Shown in pieces: positions 25,347-33,353 of a stretch of 64,000 nucleotides of DNA (within the stretch, counting starts at the first letter, position 1; each line of letters starts with the position of its first letter). This stretch comes from Clostridia bacterium (GTDB lineage Bacteria > Bacillota > Clostridia > Christensenellales > QALW01), in contig JAFVVO010000012.1 of NCBI GenBank assembly GCA_017502165.1, forward strand, positions 6,174 through 70,173, read 5' to 3'. The notes beneath the pieces are model-generated. The model did no database searches. It was not told where the DNA came from and saw only the letters and a list, made by a program, of their open reading frames with translations. The position numbers and the translations under genes were made by a program.

Positions 25347-27077
25347 ATGAAAAAACTTATGCTTGGCAACGAAGCAGTTGCCCGTGGCTTATTGGAAGCA
25401 GGTTGCTCGGTAGTTTCCAGCTATCCCGGAACACCTTCAACCGAAATAACCGAATACGCCGCAAAATACGACGAAATTTACTGCGAATGGGCTCCTAACG
25501 AAAAGGTAGCCTGCGAGGTTGCCTTCGGTGCCTCACTTGCAGGCGCAAGAAGTGCCTGCTGTATGAAGCATGTTGGTCTTAACGTCGCCGCAGACCCCTT
25601 ATTTACAATGTCCTACACAGGCGTAAACGGCGGTCTCGTTATCTGCGTGGCAGACGACCCCGGTATGCACTCATCACAAAACGAGCAGGATTCAAGGCAT
25701 TATGCAATAGCCTCAAAAATCCCTATGCTCGAGCCTGCAGATTCTCAGGAAGCAAAGGATTTTACAAAAACAGCCTTTGAGCTTTCCGAGCAGTTTGACA
25801 CTCCCGTGCTTCTGAGAATGTGCACCCGTATTGCCCATTCACAGTGCAGCGTGGAAATGCTTGAGCCTGCAAAAGCAGTAAAAAAGGAATACGTAAAGAA
25901 TCCTCAGAAGTTTATTATGGCTCCTGCAAACGCTATCCGCCGTCACCCCGTTGTTGAAAAACGCACGGCAGATTTAATTGCCTTTGCAGAAACCTCTCCC
26001 CTTAACAGAATTGAAGAAGGCACCGATAAATCCTTAGGTATTATCACCTCAGGCACCTGCTACGATTACGTTAAGGAGGTTTTCGGTGATACCGTTTCGG
26101 TATTCAAATTAGGTCTTGTTAATCCCCTGCCCGTTGAGAAAATCAAGACTTTTGCCGCATCTGTAGAAAGAGTTGTGGTAATCGAAGAGCTTGACCCGGT
26201 TATTGAAACTCATTGTAAAGCTCTCGGCATCAAGGTTGACGGCAAAAATATTTTCTCCATCTGCGGTGAATTTTCTCAAAAGATCATTGCCGACGCTTTC
26301 GGTATCAAAACTAATTCCTTTACCGAAAATTCCGCACCTATCCCCGTTCGTCCTCCCGTTATGTGCGCAGGTTGCCCCCACAGAGGCTTATTCTACGTAC
26401 TTTCAAAGAATAAATACACCGTTTTAGGTGATATCGGTTGCTACACCCTCGGCTCTGCCGCTCCCCTTAACGCTATTGACTCCGTTCTTTGTATGGGAGC
26501 ATCAGTTTCAGGGCTTCACGGCTTTAACAAGGCAAATCAAACTGAAAACAAAACCGTATGCGTTATCGGTGACTCCACCTTTATGCACTCGGGTATGACG
26601 GGGCTTGCCAACATTGCCTATAACGGCACCAATTCCACAGTAATTATCGTTGACAACTCCATTACCGGTATGACCGGCCATCAGCAAAATCCCACCACCG
26701 GATATAACATCAAGGGCGATCCTGCCACAAAAATTGATTTGGAAGCGCTTTGCAAGGCATTGGGCATCAACCGTGTTCGCGTTGTTGATCCCTATGACCT
26801 TAAGGAAACGGAAAAGGTTATTAAAGAAGAAACTGCTGTTTCCGAGCCCTCCGTTATTATCTCCCGCCGTCCCTGCGCTTTGCTGAAAAGCGTAAAAGCA
26901 AAGCCGGCCCTTATAATCGATCCCGATAAATGCCGCAGCTGTAAAGCGTGTATGAGAATCGGTTGCCCCGCAATAAGTATGAAAAATTCCAAAGCCGTAA
27001 TTGACTCTACTCTGTGCGTTGGTTGCGGAGTTTGCGAACAGTTATGCGCATTTTCTGCCATCGGAGGTACAAAATGA
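25347..27077 (+). CDS. iorA: indolepyruvate ferredoxin oxidoreductase, alpha subunit
   Basis: 576 aa with TPP-binding domains and a C-terminal 2x[4Fe-4S] motif (CRSCKACMRIGCP ... CVGCGVCEQLC). Confidence 0.9.
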   Translation: MKKLMLGNEAVARGLLEAGCSVVSSYPGTPSTEITEYAAKYDEIYCEWAPNEKVACEVAFGASLAGARSACCMKHVGLNVAADPLFTMSYTGVNGGLVICVADDPGMHSSQNEQDSRHYAIASKIPMLEPADSQEAKDFTKTAFELSEQFDTPVLLRMCTRIAHSQCSVEMLEPAKAVKKEYVKNPQKFIMAPANAIRRHPVVEKRTADLIAFAETSPLNRIEEGTDKSLGIITSGTCYDYVKEVFGDTVSVFKLGLVNPLPVEKIKTFAASVERVVVIEELDPVIETHCKALGIKVDGKNIFSICGEFSQKIIADAFGIKTNSFTENSAPIPVRPPVMCAGCPHRGLFYVLSKNKYTVLGDIGCYTLGSAAPLNAIDSVLCMGASVSGLHGFNKANQTENKTVCVIGDSTFMHSGMTGLANIAYNGTNSTVIIVDNSITGMTGHQQNPTTGYNIKGDPATKIDLEALCKALGINRVRVVDPYDLKETEKVIKEETAVSEPSVIISRRPCALLKSVKAKPALIIDPDKCRSCKACMRIGCPAISMKNSKAVIDSTLCVGCGVCEQLCAFSAIGGTK

Positions 27078-27646
27078 AGTTAAATATTATGATCGTCGGT
27101 GTGGGCGGACAAGGCTCACTCCTTGCAAGTAAGCTTTTGGGCAGACTTTTAATCAACGAAGGAAAAGACGTTAAGGTTTCCGAGGTTCACGGTATGAGCC
27201 AGAGAGGCGGAAGCGTTGTAACGTACGTTCGTTCGGGAGAAAAGGTATACTCCCCCATTATTGACAAGGGCGAAGCAGATTTTATCGTTTCCTTTGAAAA
27301 GCTTGAGGCCGCCAGATACGTTGATTATCTTAAGCCCAACGGCAAAATCATCGTTAATTCTCAGGAAATTGATCCTATGCCCGTTATTTGCGGAACTTGC
27401 GAATATCCTAAAAGCATTTTGGACGAATTAAGCGCCAAGGGTGTAGATATTGACTGTATCGACGCTCTTTCTCCCGCCATCGAGGCAGGAAGCGCCAAGG
27501 CAGTTAACATCGTTTTAATGGGTAAGCTTTCCAATTATCTTTCAATCGAGAAGGAAAAATGGCTTGAAGCCATCGAACAATCCGTTGCTCCCAAATTTGT
27601 AGAAATGAACAAAAAGGCTTTTGAGTTCGGAAGAGCTTATAAATAA
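27074..27646 (+). CDS. iorB: indolepyruvate ferredoxin oxidoreductase, beta subunit
   Basis: 190 aa from ATG 27074, which overlaps the iorA stop as ATGA. It begins IVGVGGQGSLLAS. Confidence 0.85.
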   Translation: MKLNIMIVGVGGQGSLLASKLLGRLLINEGKDVKVSEVHGMSQRGGSVVTYVRSGEKVYSPIIDKGEADFIVSFEKLEAARYVDYLKPNGKIIVNSQEIDPMPVICGTCEYPKSILDELSAKGVDIDCIDALSPAIEAGSAKAVNIVLMGKLSNYLSIEKEKWLEAIEQSVAPKFVEMNKKAFEFGRAYK

Positions 27647-27666
27647 AAAGAAAGGTCGTTATTAAA

Positions 27667-28980
27667 ATGGAAAACCGCAAATACTATCAACCGGAATTCG
27701 AAACCATGCCCGTTGAAGACATTAAGAAGCTTCAATCGGAAAAACTCATTAAGCAGGTAAAACACGTTTACGAAAACGTTCCCTTTTACCGTGCCAGAAT
27801 GGACGAAAAGGGCGTAAAACCCGAAGACATCAAGGGTATCGAAGATTTGTACAAGCTCCCCTTCGTCGAAAAATCAGACCTTCGTGATAACTACCCCTAT
27901 GGAATGCTCGCAAAGCCCCTTGCTGACTGCGTACGTATTCAGTCAACCTCAGGTACAACGGGCAAGCGTGTTATTGCCTATTACACCCAGTACGATATTG
28001 ACCTTTGGGAGGATTGCTGTGCCCGTGCATTAGTTGCCGCAGGCGCAGATAAGGAAGACGTTGTTCAGGTAAGCTACGGCTACGGCTTATTTACCGGCGG
28101 CCCCGGTCTTAACGGCGGCTCCCATAAGGTAGGCTGCCTTACGTTGCCTATGTCCTCAGGTAACACCGAACGTCAGCTTCAGTTTATGACGGACCTTAAG
28201 GCAACAGTTCTTTGCTGCACTCCTTCCTACGCAGCTTATTTAGGCGAATCCCTTAAGGAAATGGGCTACACTCCCGAAACTATTCCTCTTAAGGCAGGTA
28301 TTTTCGGTGCAGAGCCCTGGACAAGTGAGAACAGAAGACAGCTTGAAGCCACCTTAGGCATTAAGGCTTACGATATTTACGGATTAACAGAAATTTCAGG
28401 CCCCGGCGTTTCCTTTGAATGTGCCGAGCAGGGCGGTATGCACATTAACGAAGACCATTTCGTTGCAGAAATCATCAATCCCGAAACCGGTGAGCCTCTT
28501 CCTGAAGGCGAAAAGGGCGAGCTTGTATTTACCTGCTTAGATAAGGAAGCCTTCCCTATGCTTCGTTACCGCACAAGAGACATCTGCGTTTTAAGCCGTA
28601 AACCCTGCTCCTGCGGAAGAACCTTTATCCGTATGAGTAAGCCTATGGGCAGAAGTGACGATATGATGATTATCCGCGGTGTAAACGTATTCCCCTCTCA
28701 GATTGAGGCAGTTTTACTTAAGGAAGGCTACACCCCCAACTATCAGATCAAGCTTTCAAGAGTTAATAACAACGACACCTTTGACGTATTCGTTGAATTA
28801 CCCCCTGAGCAGTTTGACGATTCCGTTAAGAGCATTTCCGCAAAGGAAGCATCTCTTCGCGACGCTATGCGTAATATGTTAGGTATCGGCCCTGCAATCC
28901 ATCTTGTACCCCCCAAGACCATTACCCGCAGTGAAGGTAAAGCCGTTCGTATTATTGACGAGCGTAAGCTTCACGACTAA
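27667..28980 (+). CDS. paaK: phenylacetate--CoA ligase family protein
   Basis: 437 aa with PaaK-type motifs (QSTSGTTGKR, YGLTE, RYRTRD). Confidence 0.85.
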   Translation: MENRKYYQPEFETMPVEDIKKLQSEKLIKQVKHVYENVPFYRARMDEKGVKPEDIKGIEDLYKLPFVEKSDLRDNYPYGMLAKPLADCVRIQSTSGTTGKRVIAYYTQYDIDLWEDCCARALVAAGADKEDVVQVSYGYGLFTGGPGLNGGSHKVGCLTLPMSSGNTERQLQFMTDLKATVLCCTPSYAAYLGESLKEMGYTPETIPLKAGIFGAEPWTSENRRQLEATLGIKAYDIYGLTEISGPGVSFECAEQGGMHINEDHFVAEIINPETGEPLPEGEKGELVFTCLDKEAFPMLRYRTRDICVLSRKPCSCGRTFIRMSKPMGRSDDMMIIRGVNVFPSQIEAVLLKEGYTPNYQIKLSRVNNNDTFDVFVELPPEQFDDSVKSISAKEASLRDAMRNMLGIGPAIHLVPPKTITRSEGKAVRIIDERKLHD

Positions 28981-28998
28981 TTATAGGAGGAATTTATT

Positions 28999-29421
28999 AT
29001 GGCTATCAGACAACTTTCTGTTTTTCTCGAAAACAAAAAAGGCTCTTTGAGTGAAATCACAAATCTTCTTGCTGAAGCAAAGGTTGACCTTCGTTCAATG
29101 TGTATTGCAGAAACAAGCAATTACGGCATCGTTCGTATTATCGCCAATGACCCTGCAAAAGCTCTTGAAATTTTAATTGCATCAGGTTTTGCCGCACAAA
29201 TACGTCCCGTTACCGCTTTTGCAGTACCCGACCAACCGGGCGGTCTTGCACAAGTTCTTGAAATCTTAGAAGAAAATGGCATCAATATTGAATATATGTA
29301 CGCTTTAGTTACCACCATTGCCGATAAAGCATACGCAGTTATGCGCACAGACGATGAAGAAAAAACTGAAGCAGTTTTAGCTAAAAACAATATTGAATTA
29401 CTCGATGAGAAAAACGTTTAA
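28999..29421 (+). CDS. ACT-domain protein
   Basis: 140 aa with two ACT-like halves. This is the usual partner of iorAB-paaK clusters. Confidence 0.8.
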   Translation: MAIRQLSVFLENKKGSLSEITNLLAEAKVDLRSMCIAETSNYGIVRIIANDPAKALEILIASGFAAQIRPVTAFAVPDQPGGLAQVLEILEENGINIEYMYALVTTIADKAYAVMRTDDEEKTEAVLAKNNIELLDEKNV

Positions 29422-29440
29422 TTCTTAATACTATTATTTA

Positions 29441-29463
29441 ACACGGCACGAAAAGTGCCGTGT
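29441..29463 (+). terminator. operon terminator
   Basis: ACACGGCAC-GAAAA-GTGCCGTGT followed by TTTCTTA. Confidence 0.75.
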
Positions 29464-29498
29464 TTTCTTATCCTTTTATCAAATTTTCACAAACTATT

Positions 29499-29555
29499 TG
29501 TTGACATTTCAACAAATTACGGATATAATCTACGTGTAAAAGTTGAAATTTCAAC
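29499..29555 (+). promoter_or_regulatory. consensus sigma-A promoter of degV flanked by two related palindromic operators
   Basis: TTGACA (29501-29506), 17 nt, TATAAT (29524-29529). The palindromes are TGTTGA-CATT-TCAACA (29499-29514) and GTTGAAATTTCAAC (29542-29555). Confidence 0.6.
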
Positions 29556-29577
29556 AATTAGATAAAGGACATTATTT

Positions 29578-30417
29578 ATGATAAAAATTTTTGTAGATTC
29601 AGGCAGCAGCATTAAACAAAACGAAAAGGAAAAATACGGTGTAGAGATTTTTCCCTTAAAAATCAATTTAGGCGGCAAGGAATATTCCGACGGAATTGAC
29701 TTATCACTTGATACCTTCTACCACGCACTTATTCAAGGCGGCTTATTTCCCCAAACCTCCCTTCCCAACCTTGACGAAGCGCAGGCTAAGGTTAAAGAAT
29801 GTGTTGCCGGCGGTGACCAAGTCCTTATAATCTGTATTTCATCAGGTATTTCAGGCACCTTCAGCACCTTCAAGATGCTTTTTGAATCCGAGCCTAACGT
29901 TCGGGTTATTGACTCTAAAACCGCAGTTGGCGGAATTAAAATCCTCGTAAACGAAGCGAATAAATATCTTTCCGAAAGTCTTGATTTCGTCGAAGAAAAG
30001 CTGAGCACCCTGATTCCTCGCATAAAGGTTATAGCAATTCCCGAAACCTTGGACTATCTCCATAAGGGAGGCAGATTAAGCAGCGCCGCCTGGATTGCGG
30101 GAAGCGTTGCCCACGTCAAGCCCCTTATATCTCTTAACAGCATAACCGGCCGTGTTGAAGTTGCAGGGAAAGCCCTCGGCACCAAGCGCGCCATTTCCGC
30201 CCTCGTCGCATACTTAGAAAAGCACGGTTGCGACCAAAATCACAAAATCATCCCCTCCTACACCTATTGCGAAGAAAATCTTTACCGTCTCATTACTGCA
30301 ACCGACCAACAATACTTAACCAATATGGACGATTTCGATAACCTTGACCCCGCCATTGCTTGCCATTGGGGACCGAATGCATACGGCTATATTTTCGTAT
30401 CAAAAGAAGAAAACTAA
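29578..30417 (+). CDS. DegV family fatty-acid-binding protein
   Basis: 279 aa with a DegV-like sequence (IFVDSGSSIKQ..., SSGISGTF). Confidence 0.85.
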   Translation: MIKIFVDSGSSIKQNEKEKYGVEIFPLKINLGGKEYSDGIDLSLDTFYHALIQGGLFPQTSLPNLDEAQAKVKECVAGGDQVLIICISSGISGTFSTFKMLFESEPNVRVIDSKTAVGGIKILVNEANKYLSESLDFVEEKLSTLIPRIKVIAIPETLDYLHKGGRLSSAAWIAGSVAHVKPLISLNSITGRVEVAGKALGTKRAISALVAYLEKHGCDQNHKIIPSYTYCEENLYRLITATDQQYLTNMDDFDNLDPAIACHWGPNAYGYIFVSKEEN

Positions 30418-30494
30418 TTTTATAGCACTGCCAACGCTTATATTTACTTCTTGCAATCCACGCATCCACAGACGAATAAATCCTTCCAAATAAA

Positions 30495-30539
30495 AAACGC
30501 CCTTAAGAATCAGGAGCTTTTCCTGTCCTTTGGGCGTTT
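30495..30539. terminator. bidirectional terminator-like hairpin
   Basis: Outer stem AAACGCCC / GGGCGTTT with inner stem CAGGA / TCCTG, between convergent genes. Confidence 0.45.
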
Positions 30540-30542
30540 TTA

Positions 30543-30989
30543 TTATTTTTCTATCTTTTCAAGCAGGCATTTACAGCCATAAGTTATCTGATTAAACACC
30601 TTCTCGAAATTTCCCGAATACCAAGGGTCCTCTATATCCCCCGGTTTATCGGTAAAATCAAGCAAACGGTAAACCTTTTTATCGTAATCAGAGCCGATTA
30701 TGCGGTTAAGCCTTGGCAGATTATATTCTTCCATAACTACGATGTAATCGAACTTATCATAATCCTCTGCAGTCATTTTCGTTGCTCTGTGGTCGTTAAA
30801 AGGAATTTTTTTCTCCCTTAGAATTGCCCTTGCGGGAGGATAAATAGGATTGCCTATTTCTTCCGAAGACACCGCCTTTGATTCAACGTAAAACTCCTCT
30901 TCTCTCCCCTTAATTAAATCCTTAAAAACGAACTCCGCAATAGGAGAACGGCAAATGTTGCCGTGGCACAAAAATAAAACTTTAGTCAT
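30543..30989 (-). CDS. low-molecular-weight protein-tyrosine phosphatase
   Basis: 148 aa from ATG 30989 (GGGGGAAG RBS) with the active site CHGNICRSP and the Asp loop DPWY. Confidence 0.85.
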   Translation of the reverse strand: MTKVLFLCHGNICRSPIAEFVFKDLIKGREEEFYVESKAVSSEEIGNPIYPPARAILREKKIPFNDHRATKMTAEDYDKFDYIVVMEEYNLPRLNRIIGSDYDKKVYRLLDFTDKPGDIEDPWYSGNFEKVFNQITYGCKCLLEKIEK

Positions 30990-31000
30990 AGCTTCCCCCG

Positions 31001-31531
31001 TTATCTTTGATACAATTCTACGCACTGATCTCCGTCAAACTCATCAGTTAAAACCTTTATAAGCTCATCTAAGCTTGTAGGAACGTTTTTGCCAACGTAA
31101 TCCGCTCTGATAGGCAGCTCCCTGTGTCCTCTGTCCACAAGCACTGCAAGACGGATACATTGGGGCCGTCCCATATCCATAATGCAATCAATAGCGGCGC
31201 GGACAGTTCTTCCGGTAAAAATAACGTCATCAACAAGAATAACCGTCTTGCCGTCAACTGCAAAGAACTGCTTATTTGCTTCCTGCAAAATTTCCGTTTT
31301 CTTTACGTCGTCACGGTAGAAGGTAACGTCAAGCTCGGCATATTCCGGCGTAATATCTTCAAACTGAGCAATCTTATCTCTCAGCATTTTGGCCAAAGAA
31401 ATTCCCCTGCGCTTTATTCCTACTATTATCAGGTTTTTTGCACCGCTGTTACGCTCGGTTATCTCGTGCGAAATACGTGTTACCGCTCTGTTAACCGCAT
31501 CTCTATCCATTATTTCAGCTTTTTTTACCAT
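31001..31531 (-). CDS. pyrR: bifunctional pyrimidine operon regulator / uracil phosphoribosyltransferase PyrR
   Basis: 176 aa. The N-terminus parallels B. subtilis PyrR (AEIMDRDAVNRAVTRISHEI) and the PRPP motif is VILVDDVIFTGRT. Confidence 0.9.
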   Translation of the reverse strand: MVKKAEIMDRDAVNRAVTRISHEITERNSGAKNLIIVGIKRRGISLAKMLRDKIAQFEDITPEYAELDVTFYRDDVKKTEILQEANKQFFAVDGKTVILVDDVIFTGRTVRAAIDCIMDMGRPQCIRLAVLVDRGHRELPIRADYVGKNVPTSLDELIKVLTDEFDGDQCVELYQR

Positions 31532-33212
31532 TCTTTTTTCTCTTTTCTATCAGAATTTTTATTACGCTTGCGCAAATAATCACAACAACCGATACAACTA
31601 AGCCGATAACAAATTTATCGGGCTCGTTAACCCTTTCAACGTCACCAAAATCATCACTGCCGCTTGGCGTAGGCAAAGCAGTCGGTTCATTTGTCACGTT
31701 TGGCGAAGGAGTTACCTCTATGGTAGGCGGCACAGTCTGTTCGCTTGCAGAATCGCTTGCCGCAGGCGTCACCTGAGCATCTGTACTCGGCGCCGTACCC
31801 GACGTCACTTTAATGCTGACGCTCTTGTTTCCGCCTAACTGGGCATTCAAGAACTCCGCCAAATCGGTGTTAAGCAAATACCTTCCGTTTTCATAAAGAA
31901 CGTTTCCAAACGCATCAGCTTTATAGCTTGGTACAATATTTGTAAACGAATCATAGGAATTCCACGAATCAATCAAAACGCAGTTCGTCTTATTCTTTGC
32001 AAATGCAACGGCGCTTGAAAGGTGCGCTTTTATTTTATCTCTGTTCTTTCCTTCTCCGTCAAAGGCAGTTACAACGGGAATTATGTTGTGCTTTGAGGAA
32101 TTATTCCACAAACGCTTTTCGAAATCAAAATATTCCTCCGAATCCGTCTTAACGGCTACCATGTCAGCAATATCAGCCTGCGCCGCCTTTGACGAAATAA
32201 CCGTAACAAGCGCTTCCCTTGATACCGCAGATGCGGCACTTTTGATCTGCCCTATCTTGCTCACCAAATTCTCAAGCACGAAAACAACGGCCTTACCGTC
32301 AACAGAAAGATATTTTGAATCCTTCAAATACGCGCCAATTTTTGAAATTTGGTCACTTTGGTCAATAATCAAACAAAATTTTACCTTGCTTGAGCTTTTT
32401 GAATGTAACCCGATAGTATCTCCGCAGCAAGAAGCGTAATACGCAAAGAAATCAATACCCATATATTCTGCGTATTTCAAATCGTTATCTACCGTCTCCG
32501 CAACAGTTAAAAACTGCTTTGTTCCTAAATCATAATTAAACGGCAAATATCTGTTATATCTTTCAAGAGAAAGTTTCTTAATATTTTCCTGCGCCTGCAG
32601 GTTTCCTTCAAACCAAATATCCTTCTTAATGGCACCAACAGTCAATTCCGAAAACTCAATCTCAGCTTCCTCTTCAATAATTTCTTCGGACAGCCTCTGA
32701 ATTCTTATGTCATCAATGAATAGGTCACCCTGCTCGGAAACCGACTTATTTGCAATAAAGAAAACTGCGCTTTCAAGGTTACCCTCCCAGGAAATAATCG
32801 TCTCATCCTCGCACTTGGTAAAACGCTCGTTAACAATTTGCGTGATTTCCGTCTTAAACTCCGTAACGCCCTTATCCGTGGTAATTCTGATTCCCGCATA
32901 AAATCTTGAAAACTCGTAAATATCATCGTCCAGCTTAAGCGCAACCGAAAACAGATACGTTCCCTTTGTTATAAACTCGGTTACGTCAACCCAGAGCGCC
33001 ACCTCCTGCTTTGTACGCTTCGATACGTGCGCGCTGAATTTGCCGTCCGCCGACGTCTCATCGGATATTATCACCTTTTGCTTGGAATCCGTTGTTATTT
33101 TGGAATGAAATCCATTTTCGAAGCTTTCATAAAACGTATCATTTGCAGAAGCAAAAACGGTTGCAGAAAACAAGACAGAAAGAATAATTATCAATGACAG
33201 TATTCTCTTCAT
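31515..33212 (-). CDS. secreted, C-terminally membrane-anchored protein with an N-terminal CBM-like beta-sandwich
   Basis: 565 aa with a signal peptide, a CBM4/9-like segment (FYESFENGF...LFIDDIRIQ), a P/T/S linker and a C-terminal TM followed by a KKNGKKS tail. Confidence 0.55.
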   Translation of the reverse strand: MKRILSLIIILSVLFSATVFASANDTFYESFENGFHSKITTDSKQKVIISDETSADGKFSAHVSKRTKQEVALWVDVTEFITKGTYLFSVALKLDDDIYEFSRFYAGIRITTDKGVTEFKTEITQIVNERFTKCEDETIISWEGNLESAVFFIANKSVSEQGDLFIDDIRIQRLSEEIIEEEAEIEFSELTVGAIKKDIWFEGNLQAQENIKKLSLERYNRYLPFNYDLGTKQFLTVAETVDNDLKYAEYMGIDFFAYYASCCGDTIGLHSKSSSKVKFCLIIDQSDQISKIGAYLKDSKYLSVDGKAVVFVLENLVSKIGQIKSAASAVSREALVTVISSKAAQADIADMVAVKTDSEEYFDFEKRLWNNSSKHNIIPVVTAFDGEGKNRDKIKAHLSSAVAFAKNKTNCVLIDSWNSYDSFTNIVPSYKADAFGNVLYENGRYLLNTDLAEFLNAQLGGNKSVSIKVTSGTAPSTDAQVTPAASDSASEQTVPPTIEVTPSPNVTNEPTALPTPSGSDDFGDVERVNEPDKFVIGLVVSVVVIICASVIKILIEKRKKNGKKS

Positions 33213-33353
33213 TTCTACCTCCCCTTTTCTTCGGCGCGTTATAAAAGCATATCAAATATATTGTAACATTTTGTCGAACACAAGTCAATTAGGGTTTACT
33301 AAAAACGGCAAAAATGATATACTAAATAAAACAAACGTAACAAGGAGGGCAAA

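Noticed and set aside
31510-31531. The pyrR / surface-protein overlap might just reflect a mis-called start, since an internal ATG at 31510 would remove it.
   Set aside because: This is not fully rejected. The longer N-terminus (MVKKAEIMDRDAVNRAVTRISHEI) aligns better with canonical PyrR N-termini, so I kept the 31531 start. The alternative is recorded in the pyrR finding.
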